A stretch of 64,000 nt of DNA from a virus. A program made the translations under genes and the position numbers. This document shows, piece by piece, positions 8,590 to 18,066 of the stretch. Position 1 is the stretch's first letter; each line of letters starts with the position of its first letter. The stretch lies in the IMG/VR virus record IMGVR_UViG_3300046318_000491, positions 1 through 64,000 of that record, one strand, 5' to 3'. The notes under the pieces are model-generated. The model had not been told where the DNA came from, made no database searches, and worked only from the letters and a program-made list of their open reading frames with translations.

Positions 8590-9126
8590 CTAGACAGTGA
8601 CTGGTCTACGCGGACCTTGATCTAATTCTACGTGGAAGATATTTTCCGGCAGTACATAGCGGAAAGGACCGCCATCAGCAATAGGTTTGATGTTGTACTT
8701 ATACTCTTCGGTCGGAGGGAAGATAATAATTTCGCCTGCTTTAGGTCGAATCTCGAATTCCTGGTCAACGAAGTTAATTTCGCCACCCTCGTAGTTATCG
8801 TTGATAACAATCAAAACTGACATGTAGCAGCGCTCATCTTCATGCTTTCGAGCCCAAAGTAGCGCATTGTGCTCACCTGGCTCACGGCGCTGTATCTGGC
8901 TAAAGCTACGAATAATATAAAGCTCAGGGTCGAAGATCTCTTCCAGTCTCTCTCGAACTGCAGATACTAGACCAAGGCTTTCAATCGTTACGCCATCTCG
9001 ACCACGCTTGAACCAGTCAGCATCAGTCTTAGTGCTGCACATCTCCATAATGGCGTTTACTTCTTCAGGGGTCAGGAAGTTCTCTCTGATAAAGATCCCA
9101 GGGTGTACTTCTACGGACGCATCCAT
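8590..9126 (-). CDS. 2OG-Fe(II) oxygenase-fold protein with degenerate iron ligands
   Basis: INDNYEGGEINF...PKAGEIIIFP core present, but HxD and the distal His are not recognisable. Confidence 0.75.
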   Translation of the reverse strand: MDASVEVHPGIFIRENFLTPEEVNAIMEMCSTKTDADWFKRGRDGVTIESLGLVSAVRERLEEIFDPELYIIRSFSQIQRREPGEHNALLWARKHEDERCYMSVLIVINDNYEGGEINFVDQEFEIRPKAGEIIIFPPTEEYKYNIKPIADGGPFRYVLPENIFHVELDQGPRRPVTV

Positions 9127-9182
9127 ATTAATCCTCTATACGTATTGGCTTAGCTCTCCCCCTCAATTTTACCGCATATTGG

Positions 9183-9812
9183 CTATGCCATGTCTGCTAA
9201 GACTTTATCCTTAAAACCATAGAATAAAGTCAACCCTTTACGGACTCCCGAGGTCACAGTCTCCACTTCATGCATATGGTCCATATCGCCCTTGAAGTAG
9301 ATTAAAGAGGCCTTGCTAGGGGTATGACGAAGTTCTTGCTTAGGAAACCAAAGGTCTCCACCAGAGAAATCTACTCCGCCGCCAGTAGTTAGATACAGCA
9401 CTCCCGAGTACTCCATGACTATAGAGATGTCGTCTTCACGAATACTGCCATCCGTTGTATACATATCTGAGTGCAGCCCCTGACCAGGTCCAGTCGAGTA
9501 CTCTGTATAGCTTGCTTGAACTAGAGTAAGGTCACTGCCATAATTAGCCTCTAGAAGTAGCCTAGCTCTATCGTATATCTCAGTAATTAGATAGATAGCT
9601 TTGTTATCTTCTTCATTACTTGTTAGCCGAGCAGCAGGGTTATCTGCATTAATTCTGGAGGCTACCCGGTAGTTTCGGTAACCTAAGGCACATCGATGAC
9701 TAGCGCATACAGGAGAAGGCGTAGATACTTTATCTAAATACCGCTCTACAATTTCATTCTCTTCTTGGCTTAAGAAGTCAACCTCTATAGATAGGTTACC
9801 GTTGTTGACCAT
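9183..9812 (-). CDS. Prolyl-4-hydroxylase-like 2OG-Fe(II) oxygenase
   Basis: HSD...YL...FSGGDLWFP...HEV...R. Confidence 0.88.
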   Translation of the reverse strand: MVNNGNLSIEVDFLSQEENEIVERYLDKVSTPSPVCASHRCALGYRNYRVASRINADNPAARLTSNEEDNKAIYLITEIYDRARLLLEANYGSDLTLVQASYTEYSTGPGQGLHSDMYTTDGSIREDDISIVMEYSGVLYLTTGGGVDFSGGDLWFPKQELRHTPSKASLIYFKGDMDHMHEVETVTSGVRKGLTLFYGFKDKVLADMA

Positions 9813-9879
9813 AACTTTAACGTTTCTCGCTGATTGATATCACTTAGCACTAGTCTACAACTAGCATTAAACTATAGAT

Positions 9880-10596
9880 ATGCTGACTAAGCCAATACCT
9901 AAAATACTATGGCAGACCCATGAGTGGGACTACCACGAGCTTCCGGAAGCACTACTAGCTACTTCTATGACGTGGAAGAACCTAAACCCTACCTGGGAGT
10001 ACATATATGCAAGCGCCACTGACAGAGCTAGGCAAGTACAACGCTTTAACGAAAAGCTATATAAGTTCTATCTATTGTCAGATAAAGTAACTCAAGCTGA
10101 CATTTGGCGATATGTTTCGGTTTACTTGCATGGAGGATTCTATGCTGACATGGATTCTATATGTAGTATGCCTCTAGACTACATGCTCGAGCAATACAGA
10201 ATAAATGAAGAAATAGTAGCAACAAGCCCAAATAATCAAGAAGGGCTTAACAATGCTAATTTTGGTGCTATACAGGGGAGTGAGATACTTCAGTCAGTGA
10301 TTAAGGGGGTTATAGATATGCACGAGAATTTGGACTATTACAACATTCTTATACGCTCCGAGTCCAAAGAAGACTTCTGGGACTGCATTAAAAAAGAAAT
10401 AAGAACATCGCCATATAACTACACCCAAGAACTTAATAGTAGTTTGGATAAAGTTTGTTTTGCAGATGACTGGTGCCATCACGGCAAAGACCTTAAACAT
10501 AGATTAGACATAGACCACACAGTTGACTACTACGGCAAAGTTGTTCTGTACTCTACGTTGGCTGTAGAAAAGGGTTGGCGCACTTACTACAGTTAG
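9880..10596 (+). CDS. Glycosyltransferase, GT32/OCH1-like (DXD)
   Basis: IPKILWQT, ADIWRY...GGFYADMD. Confidence 0.88.
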   Translation: MLTKPIPKILWQTHEWDYHELPEALLATSMTWKNLNPTWEYIYASATDRARQVQRFNEKLYKFYLLSDKVTQADIWRYVSVYLHGGFYADMDSICSMPLDYMLEQYRINEEIVATSPNNQEGLNNANFGAIQGSEILQSVIKGVIDMHENLDYYNILIRSESKEDFWDCIKKEIRTSPYNYTQELNSSLDKVCFADDWCHHGKDLKHRLDIDHTVDYYGKVVLYSTLAVEKGWRTYYS

Positions 10597-10622
10597 TAGC
10601 TAGTCGTTACTACTTTAACTTT

Positions 10623-11240
10623 TTAATAAAGGGCTAGTGCCGACTGCTTAGTTACCCACATTGCCAAAGAGTATCTAGTCTCTAGGACTTCATCTACTTC
10701 GTGGTAGCCACCCTCTTTACAAGGGAAGATAATTAAGTCACCCTCTTCAGGGCAGTAGGTGTAGCCATGGTCAACGAATGAAATCTTGCCGCCACCTTTT
10801 GTCATGGTGTTTAGGTAGACTATCGAGCTGTAGCTCAGGTGCGAACTGAAGCCTTCGTCATGATCACTATGTAGATTAATACTACCGCCAGGGTAGTACT
10901 TAGCCATACGAAACTCATTAACGTAAAGCTCATCGCTGCCACCAAAAGCATTCTGCATCTCGCGGATAACTCTATTAAACTGCTCAACAACCTCTGCCCT
11001 AGGCTGCTCATCAAGAGTGTCTAAGTCATGCAAAGTCCTCATGCTATGACGCTTTAGTTCAATCTCGCGCACATCAGTGGGGCGTTCTACATCTTTACCA
11101 AACTCTAGATAAACCATCTGCTCGGAGTCATACTGAAACTCCTTTGGTTTATTAGCTTCCAGCTCGTCGATATATCCAATCATCGACCTAGCCTCTTCTG
11201 GACTAAGGAAGCCTTTTATAAGTTTGATAGGGGCGTCCAC
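10623..11240 (-). CDS. Prolyl-4-hydroxylase-like 2OG-Fe(II) oxygenase
   Basis: HSD...YLN...GGKISF...HEV...RYS. Confidence 0.88.
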   Translation of the reverse strand: MDAPIKLIKGFLSPEEARSMIGYIDELEANKPKEFQYDSEQMVYLEFGKDVERPTDVREIELKRHSMRTLHDLDTLDEQPRAEVVEQFNRVIREMQNAFGGSDELYVNEFRMAKYYPGGSINLHSDHDEGFSSHLSYSSIVYLNTMTKGGGKISFVDHGYTYCPEEGDLIIFPCKEGGYHEVDEVLETRYSLAMWVTKQSALALY

Positions 11241-12004
11241 TATCTTGCGCTATCTTCTATCACTGCAGTAAGGCCGAAGTCAGCAGATTCAATAGGCTCT
11301 AGGCTTTCTAGTCTTGCTATGCCACCAGCAACAATAAGGATGTTAGTCTTTCGACCTTCTTCTAAGTCCTCGACATCTGCTAAGACTGCCACCCTGTCAA
11401 ATACTTCTTTAGAGTAGTCAAAGTGCTTGGATGCAAAAGCCCCCTGAGTAGCCAGTGCATCTACTGCATTAATAACCACAACGCCATCATCTGACAACAA
11501 GTCATATAGAGCTGAATAGAAGTTCAAGGCAGATTGCTTTGTTGGTGCTAGGTAGTCCATATACACATCACAAAGGATTAAGTCGAAGGCTAAGTAACGA
11601 TCCTTCATAATAGTTCCAATGTTGGCAGCATCCGCATAGATAAGTTCTATGTTCGTATCAGCAGCCAACGGGAAGTGCTCCTGTGTAAAAGTAATGACGT
11701 CTTCTTCTACTTCTACTACTACCTGCTTAGAGCCAGGTCGAGTGGCCTCAATGTACCTAGGGATGGATAAAGCCCCGCCGCCTAGGTGTAGTACAGAGAT
11801 AGGCTGACCAGCAGGGAAGAAGTGATCAGTAAGGTAAGCCACGCGCTTGGCATAGTCAAAGTTGAGCTTAGGTTCACCGTCAAGGTCAAGGTTAGAGTGA
11901 TAGAAGCCATCTATGACAAGCGTCCAGCCAGGGTACCTCTCATGACGAGCAAAGCTAATCACTGGCCCGCCATTACGCAAGTTACGAGAAGCTAGGGTTT
12001 CCAT
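11240..12004 (-). CDS. Spermidine-synthase-like SAM-dependent transferase
   Basis: VLHLGGGALSIPRY, VVEVE, ADA, FDLILCD, LSDDGVVVIN. Confidence 0.8.
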   Translation of the reverse strand: METLASRNLRNGGPVISFARHERYPGWTLVIDGFYHSNLDLDGEPKLNFDYAKRVAYLTDHFFPAGQPISVLHLGGGALSIPRYIEATRPGSKQVVVEVEEDVITFTQEHFPLAADTNIELIYADAANIGTIMKDRYLAFDLILCDVYMDYLAPTKQSALNFYSALYDLLSDDGVVVINAVDALATQGAFASKHFDYSKEVFDRVAVLADVEDLEEGRKTNILIVAGGIARLESLEPIESADFGLTAVIEDSAR

Positions 12005-12117
12005 TACTTCTTAGGCTCTTTCTTAATAACCTTTATGCCAGCACTGTCTTTCATGCGATCCGCGAACTCAGTGCTAACTTCTGCTTCTGACTTAGAGTCA
12101 TTTATACCTTTAGTCAT
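12004..12117 (-). CDS. 37-aa peptide directly downstream of the ADP-ribosyltransferase
   Basis: MTKGINDSKSEAEVSTEFADRMKDSAGIKVIKKEPKK; ATG overlaps the ART stop and TAA overlaps the next ATG. Confidence 0.55.
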   Translation of the reverse strand: MTKGINDSKSEAEVSTEFADRMKDSAGIKVIKKEPKK

Positions 12118-13555
12118 TTACTGCCTCCGCTTCTACGTAGTAGTTGTACGCATCTTTATCGGTTCTATCCTGCTTGACACGGCGGATAGCTTTAACCTTT
12201 AACTTAGTGCCTCTAGCTAACAGTACTTCTTTTTCCCTATTACTGGTACTGAATTCATCCGGAACACCTAGGGCTTTAGATCCCGCAGGTAGATCAATAG
12301 CAAAAAATACGTTGGCACTGCTACTTAATATCTGCTCATTAGAAGGACTGTACTTAGTACTTGTTGCTCCAGTAGCGCCTGACCCCGGACCGAACAGGTC
12401 ATGGGCGACAGATGGATTATTGCTTGTTGACATATAACCATCGTCACTGAAGATATCTCCAACTTGCAGGTTCTTCATAACCTCAGCCCAGTCAGTACCA
12501 TTAAACCCGGTAGTTCCCGGGGCATGTCCAATCACCCCTCTAAATACTCGAGCCGGAGAGTCTAGGACACCATTCTCTTCAATAGCACTATCTAGGTCAA
12601 CCACTTCTTTTTCTAGATGAACTCGAAGAGTATCGCTAGCTTCTCCAGTTCGAAGTAGTTTATTGATGTAGGAGTAGTCCGTTCCGGTATATCCCTTAAT
12701 AGCGACTCTTTGATCGCGGGTAAACATATCAGCATCCATGGCAGACACGGGGGCTTCTAAGTTTTCGTATGAAATCTGCTCGCTAGTCAGGTTAGTGTCT
12801 AGGAGAGAGGAGCCTCCCTTACCTTGAACTCCGCTGGAATCATTCCAACCCTCCGCTGCATCCACTGCTCCACGCTCCTCAGCAGTCTTATCAACGACAT
12901 CCACTTCACCTGGAGTGTCTTGCTTAGGGCGATAGAGCATTTCTTCAGTGTAAGCACCTTCACCAGATGAAGGGTCAGCCAGTAGATCCTTAGCCTTAAT
13001 TTTCATAGAGATAACGTCGCCATCTCCCGCATAGTCCTCAGCAAGCATGAACAGAGAGGTGACCCAATCGCCAGGGTTAATAGTATCTACACCCTTAGGA
13101 ACTCCACGGTAAACAGTAATCTCTTGTTCAGGATCAAAGCCTAGGTCTGTAAGCGGAGTATCCTCAGCGGCATTCTTCTGAGCCTCTCCGTACTCCTTAA
13201 AGATTCCAGTATTCTGATCATTGGCGATCTTTCCATCAGCAGCGTCCAGCCTCTTAGCTTCAATAAGCCCCGGAGAATCTGCAGGAATGATTGCTTTAAC
13301 GGCTTGAAAGTCCTCGGATGGTACCTCAATTATTTTACCGCCTACAGTAGGGTGGTCGTCTGAGACCTTAACAAGAGCAACGCCAGGCCTAGATCCGCCC
13401 TCAAAAGAACCATGGCCCTTTATAGGCCCAAAGTTTGGGTGCATAGTATCAAACATGACAGAGCCACCCATTTTAATCCATTGGCCATACTTGTCACGAA
13501 TCTGAAAACGCCAGAACCCCTCGTTAGCGCCATCTCCTCCAGGAAGATCAACCAT
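12110..13555 (-). CDS. ADP-ribosyltransferase (VIP2/C2-like R-S-E clade), multidomain
   Basis: YTG..Y..INKLLR, VFRG, GYMSTS and EKEVLLARG motifs; an additional internal YRG...GDWVT...AEDYA domain. Confidence 0.88.
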   Translation of the reverse strand: MVDLPGGDGANEGFWRFQIRDKYGQWIKMGGSVMFDTMHPNFGPIKGHGSFEGGSRPGVALVKVSDDHPTVGGKIIEVPSEDFQAVKAIIPADSPGLIEAKRLDAADGKIANDQNTGIFKEYGEAQKNAAEDTPLTDLGFDPEQEITVYRGVPKGVDTINPGDWVTSLFMLAEDYAGDGDVISMKIKAKDLLADPSSGEGAYTEEMLYRPKQDTPGEVDVVDKTAEERGAVDAAEGWNDSSGVQGKGGSSLLDTNLTSEQISYENLEAPVSAMDADMFTRDQRVAIKGYTGTDYSYINKLLRTGEASDTLRVHLEKEVVDLDSAIEENGVLDSPARVFRGVIGHAPGTTGFNGTDWAEVMKNLQVGDIFSDDGYMSTSNNPSVAHDLFGPGSGATGATSTKYSPSNEQILSSSANVFFAIDLPAGSKALGVPDEFSTSNREKEVLLARGTKLKVKAIRRVKQDRTDKDAYNYYVEAEAVND

Positions 13556-13772
13556 CTAGTCCACGCTCAATAAAGACCTCTAGGTCCTTAGAATCAAAAT
13601 GGTCACGGGTAATCCCGATTCCGGCGTCTATTTCAATGTACGAACGGTTAGCCTTAACCCAGTCCAGAATTCGCTTACGCTCTTTCATAACGCCAGCAGA
13701 CTCCCCCGCAGTTTTTCCAGCAGAGTAGCCATCTTCATACATCCAGCTGTCTGAACTTGAATTGTGCGACAT
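13548..13772 (-). CDS. Hypothetical protein
   Basis: MSHNSS start supported by AAGGAG RBS; contains the G...ERKRI motif seen in other small ORFs here. Confidence 0.65.
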   Translation of the reverse strand: MSHNSSSDSWMYEDGYSAGKTAGESAGVMKERKRILDWVKANRSYIEIDAGIGITRDHFDSKDLEVFIERGLDG

Positions 13773-13874
13773 GGGTATCTCCTTATGGGGGCGTCTATCA
13801 CTATCTATTGTACCGGTTGCGGCGTTTACTATTCTAATGTATGATAGACACATTATCCATATACAAGGAGAGTT

Positions 13875-14174
13875 ATGAAAATTCGACCAGAAGCAGGAAA
13901 GCTACGCGGAGTGCGCATCATGGAAGACCCTAAGGGTCTCTTGATGGATACGTTCATGGATATGAATGGCCAGACTCAGTACGGCTATCTAATTCTTGCA
14001 GCAGAGGGAAGCCCAGCTGTTTACGACGGCTTAGATTGGCACCCAATCTGCGACGACATGGATGCATCAGAGATGCTTTCTCTTGCAGATAGGCAGATGG
14101 AAGCAATCAAAGCCGTAGCTCTAGATAGTCCAGAGTACGCAAAGATGCTGTCTATCTTCTCAGTAGTTCACTAA
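13875..14174 (+). CDS. Hypothetical protein
   Basis: 99 aa with AAGGAG RBS. Confidence 0.7.
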   Translation: MKIRPEAGKLRGVRIMEDPKGLLMDTFMDMNGQTQYGYLILAAEGSPAVYDGLDWHPICDDMDASEMLSLADRQMEAIKAVALDSPEYAKMLSIFSVVH

Positions 14175-14183
14175 CAACTAACT

Positions 14184-14879
14184 ATGCAGGTTATTGACCA
14201 TGGTCACTCTATAATCGAGTACCAAGACGTTATAGAAAACCCTTACGACCTTATCTCGGTAATAGAGAACCTAGACAACGATAGTGGCGTCTATCAAGTT
14301 CTACCGAGATTTCAGGAGTGGAGGGAAGGTCATGTTCAACCTGATGGCGTATGGCGAGCTATCAACATCAAAGGGCGAAACAAGATAGTCCAGTGGTCAG
14401 AAACTAATGACGCTCCCGAGCTTAAGGGAGTCCGCGAGCGCGTCTCTGCTGAAGTTATAGATCGCATTTGGCTACCACTCTGCCAATCCATCAAAGACTA
14501 CTCCGAGCGAGTAGGAGCTGAAGTTCCCGAGATAGTCACACGCAATCTTGATATACGTGTCTACGCTACAGGGGAGAGCCTAGGCCCTCACCAAGACACC
14601 AACCATGATGGTGACTTCACTCACTACAGTTTGGTTATCTACTACAACGACGATTATGAAGGCGGGGAACTTCGTTTTCCAGATCTAGGGATAGAGATAA
14701 AGCCTAGGGCAGGCACCATCGTGGCTTTCCCTGCAACCGCGCTCCACGAGGCATTAGCAACCACTAAGGGCGAGAAGTGGCACACTCCTTGTTTCTGGTA
14801 CGCAGATGCATCTATAGTTACAGCTGGCAAAGAGCCACCTAGTTTAGATCGATTTAAAAAGGTTCTAAAGAATCTGTAG
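14184..14879 (+). CDS. Prolyl-4-hydroxylase-like 2OG-Fe(II) oxygenase
   Basis: HQD...YYNDDYEGGELRFP...HEA...K. Confidence 0.9.
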   Translation: MQVIDHGHSIIEYQDVIENPYDLISVIENLDNDSGVYQVLPRFQEWREGHVQPDGVWRAINIKGRNKIVQWSETNDAPELKGVRERVSAEVIDRIWLPLCQSIKDYSERVGAEVPEIVTRNLDIRVYATGESLGPHQDTNHDGDFTHYSLVIYYNDDYEGGELRFPDLGIEIKPRAGTIVAFPATALHEALATTKGEKWHTPCFWYADASIVTAGKEPPSLDRFKKVLKNL

Positions 14880-15632
14880 CTACTCTAGCCAAGGTTCGTA
14901 GATATCTGACTCTAGCTCGCTAAAGTCTTCAACATTAAGTGCAATTACTAAGGAAGCCATTAAAGGCGACATAATTGAAGCCTCACTACTTCTAGGGTGC
15001 ATCTTTGGTAGCAAGTCATTGTCTGTAGTGTACTTAGAGTTCTTAGGCTTACCAGTCTTAACTAGGTGCAAAAAGGCGTTCACGCGGCCCATAGCCCACG
15101 AGTTTCGGTTCTGGTCCGGGCGGTGTGAACTAGAGAAGGCTCCAGCACCTCGACGATAAACAGCCTTCAACTTTGCAAGAGTTACCTTACGTCCGTTAGG
15201 TGCCTTCTCGTTGTGTGCAGCAACCTTCTTCTCAAGAGACTTAGTAATTGACTCAGTGAAGGTTACCCCCTTACCAGAGTCGGCAGATCCTTCTTTGTTC
15301 TTGTCAGAACCCTTAATCTGATCTTTCTTGGGAGCGGGCTTGGATCCAGCGGTTGCAGTTACAGCTCCATCTGGTAGCACTGCAAAACGGCATAAGCCAC
15401 CCTCCTCAACTTCAGCCGCGATAATGGAGCAACCATTAGGGGCGTTATAGAAGACACAGTTGCCGCACTTAACGCCAATAGCGGCATTCTCCTCATTCTC
15501 GGACGCAGGAGTATAGCCAGCCCAGATTCCAGTATTGTCGTCGTTAAACTTCCCATACTTATCAGCTATAAGCTGTAGAGCGTCAGCTAGCTCTTGCTCC
15601 TCGGGAACTAGGGTGTGAGAGTGGTTTTCCAT
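14880..15632 (-). CDS. HiPIP-like four-Cys domain fused to a basic helical domain
   Basis: C-x2-C-x8-C-x12-C; LKAVYRRGAGAF...HRP...WAMGRVNAF. Confidence 0.6.
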   Translation of the reverse strand: MENHSHTLVPEEQELADALQLIADKYGKFNDDNTGIWAGYTPASENEENAAIGVKCGNCVFYNAPNGCSIIAAEVEEGGLCRFAVLPDGAVTATAGSKPAPKKDQIKGSDKNKEGSADSGKGVTFTESITKSLEKKVAAHNEKAPNGRKVTLAKLKAVYRRGAGAFSSSHRPDQNRNSWAMGRVNAFLHLVKTGKPKNSKYTTDNDLLPKMHPRSSEASIMSPLMASLVIALNVEDFSELESDIYEPWLE

Positions 15633-15672
15633 GTATTAATTGTACCGCCACCCCCACTTAGTCATTATAAAG

Positions 15673-15705
15673 AAAAACCCCTCCCAGCAAGCAGGAGGGG
15701 CTTCT
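15673..15705 (-). terminator. Intrinsic terminator
   Basis: Minus strand GCCCCTCCTGCTTGCTGGGAGGGG-TTTTT after the NlpC/P60 gene. Confidence 0.75.
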
Positions 15706-15717
15706 CTGACCGTAACT

Positions 15718-16482
15718 TTAGTTATTGGTCTCAATTACACGAGTGTATGTCACAACGGTGTTGCCGTTGCCTTTTGCCCACTGGCTTATAGACACAATTG
15801 CTGTCTTTTCTCCTCGTTTTCCACCAGCGTGTATCATCTCATTTGGTCCCACGTATATACCAACGTGGTACGCGGATTTAGAGCCCTCGTATGTAAAGGC
15901 TACTATGTCTCCGATTTTTGGTTCCTTGACCAACTCTCCCGAGTTCTTCTGCAGGGAGGCACGGTGTTCTAGTGTATATCCAATCTTTCCATACATCCAA
16001 AGGACGAGACCTGAACAGTCCCAGCCATCTGGAGTGGATCCACTGAATGCGTACCAGGTCCTACCGACCTGCTTCTTTACTAGTGCTACCGCTTGATTCA
16101 GTTCTTTAGTATCTTTGGCGACACGCTCTAGTCGAGCAATCTCCGCTTCTAGCTTCTCCTGTGTAGAGAGAGCGTCTGACTGAATCTTATCTTTCTCTGC
16201 CTTCTCCCGAGCCATCCATTCCATCGAACCCATTACAGGCTCTCCGGTTTCGATGATTGGTCCAGCCTTTACGGCAGATACCTTCACGGGACCAGCCAAA
16301 GTAGCTTTCATCTTTACGATGCCACTAACCTTTGGCCCTTGAGCAGTTCTTACTTGTGTTACCTGTGTTACTTGTGTTGCTTGGTCCACCGTTGCACTTG
16401 CTTGGGCGGAGGTTCCAAACGGGGGTTTGGTACCTGTAATCATCACTAGTGCTAGTGCACTAATTGCAATGAGCTTTTTCAT
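15718..16482 (-). CDS. Secreted NlpC/P60 (C40) cell-wall peptidase
   Basis: Signal peptide, coiled coil, DCSGLV, YHVGIY and IHA catalytic motifs. Confidence 0.92.
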   Translation of the reverse strand: MKKLIAISALALVMITGTKPPFGTSAQASATVDQATQVTQVTQVRTAQGPKVSGIVKMKATLAGPVKVSAVKAGPIIETGEPVMGSMEWMAREKAEKDKIQSDALSTQEKLEAEIARLERVAKDTKELNQAVALVKKQVGRTWYAFSGSTPDGWDCSGLVLWMYGKIGYTLEHRASLQKNSGELVKEPKIGDIVAFTYEGSKSAYHVGIYVGPNEMIHAGGKRGEKTAIVSISQWAKGNGNTVVTYTRVIETNN

Positions 16483-16618
16483 TGGCAGCCTACCTTTCAG
16501 AATTTGAATACCTTAGTACTCGGCTGTTTATTGTCAAAGTGACATTGGTTCTTATATTCAGTTATGCAAAAACCCTAGCATACGAGTCGCCTCGTGCGCA
16601 AAGGGTATTAATATTTTA
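16483..16618 (-). promoter_or_regulatory. Promoter plus structured 5' leader of the NlpC/P60 gene
   Basis: TGG-TAAAAT (-10 at 16613-16618) followed by several complementary segments, one adjacent to the GAAAGG RBS. Confidence 0.45.
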
Positions 16619-16639
16619 CCACGAATTAGGGTAGGAGGG

Positions 16640-16894
16640 TTACTTTTTACGCTTAAGTGTAGCAGGCTTTAGGCTTTTTAGCTTATTTACCCAAGGCTTG
16701 TCAGCATACTTGAACCACTCGTAAGTGAAGATACACGCGGCTATTAGAAGCCCTAGGGACTCTGCCTGGACGATGTAATAGGTAGAAGGGTCTACCAAGT
16801 ATGTCTCCCACGGGAAGTTGTAGTAGACCACAGGGAAGGCAATCGCATTGCCAAATACCACCGAGGTCACGATGCTCTTGTATATGTTTTCCAT
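16640..16894 (-). CDS. Two-TM membrane protein
   Basis: Two hydrophobic segments and a basic tail. Confidence 0.65.
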   Translation of the reverse strand: MENIYKSIVTSVVFGNAIAFPVVYYNFPWETYLVDPSTYYIVQAESLGLLIAACIFTYEWFKYADKPWVNKLKSLKPATLKRKK

Positions 16895-16947
16895 TTCATC
16901 TCTTTCTTTAAGGGATAGTTAGACAGTACTGCATAGTCTAAGTTTTG

Positions 16948-17418
16948 TCAAGTATTAAGCATCTTTAACTCAGTGACCGGACGTAGGTAGTCCTTAGGCA
17001 CAAAGTAGGCAGGGGGGCGTCCATTAGGCGCTTTTGACCAATAATCATTCTTTGCATAGGAGCCAAGAGCGTACCCCTGAATTGTCAGGGTTGGAAGGGT
17101 TCCGGTCACTAGGACATAGTAATCATTGTCAGGATCTGCAGAGCGAACAATCAGGCTGTTTGAGTGGCTAGGAGTCCACCTAACCTGAATGTTATGACCT
17201 AAGTCAGGGTTCTTAAAGGTATCAATTCCGCCATTCCAGTAGATACCTAACGCCTTGGCTACGCACAGCTCGGCTCCAGCGCCTTCTATATCTTCAGTCC
17301 AACTAAGGTTTACACCGCCATGGGCATTCTGACTCCCCCTACTTAGGGCGGTCATTCTACGCAGCTTACCTATTTCAGCTGCCATGGCATATTCGTGCCA
17401 GTCTAATGTAATCTCCAT
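16948..17418 (-). CDS. Hypothetical phage protein, possibly PD-(D/E)XK nuclease-like
   Basis: EGAGAE..VAKALG...PD....QVR pattern. Confidence 0.5.
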   Translation of the reverse strand: MEITLDWHEYAMAAEIGKLRRMTALSRGSQNAHGGVNLSWTEDIEGAGAELCVAKALGIYWNGGIDTFKNPDLGHNIQVRWTPSHSNSLIVRSADPDNDYYVLVTGTLPTLTIQGYALGSYAKNDYWSKAPNGRPPAYFVPKDYLRPVTELKMLNT

Positions 17419-17495
17419 AATTCAGAGCCTATAGCAAAGCTACATAAAGTGCAAATAGCATAGTTTAAACACTAGAACAACTATTCTATAAAAAG

Positions 17496-17795
17496 CTAGA
17501 TCCCACATTCCGTAAGGCACTCAATGCGAGTCACCCCAGAGGTACGTCTATTGGTAAAAGTATTATCTTCGGTGGCTACATCAGAGGTCCAAATAAACAT
17601 AGGACCGCCTACCTCAGCCGTAACAGCTATAAAAGGGAACCACTCTCGGTCTTTACGCATTTCAGTTGCATCCGTACCCGGATTGCGCTTTGCACGTTTA
17701 GTGTCATAGTCAATAAGATAGGAGCTGTTTTCGGTAGTGACCTTGAACATTCCACTGGTAACCCCAGTTAGGTTTATTTGATTACTCGAGCTCAT
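17496..17795 (-). CDS. Hypothetical protein
   Basis: 99 aa; overlaps the upstream gene. Confidence 0.65.
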   Translation of the reverse strand: MSSSNQINLTGVTSGMFKVTTENSSYLIDYDTKRAKRNPGTDATEMRKDREWFPFIAVTAEVGGPMFIWTSDVATEDNTFTNRRTSGVTRIECLTECGI

Positions 17796-18066
17796 GATCT
17801 AAGTCTACTGCCTCTACGCAGCACCCATCACAGCCATGAACGCCACGGCCCCCATACTCAAGCCCAACCTCATCCGGATCAGGGTGCCCAACACCGTGCG
17901 CACATATACGCTCCATAAGACCTATATCCTCACGCCACTTCTGAGGAGCACTTTTTAGCGGGTGATCTGACCAATTGTGGATCGAGCAATATTTTTTAAG
18001 ACAGGTGCCATAGTCATGTACATTATTCAGCTTTTGATTGAAGCTTGTTATGTAAGTCTCAGGCAT
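17782..18066 (-). CDS. Cys/His-rich putative metal-binding protein
   Basis: C....CSIH..SDH, ERICAHGVGHPDPD, HGCDGCC. Confidence 0.7.
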   Translation of the reverse strand: MPETYITSFNQKLNNVHDYGTCLKKYCSIHNWSDHPLKSAPQKWREDIGLMERICAHGVGHPDPDEVGLEYGGRGVHGCDGCCVEAVDLDHELE

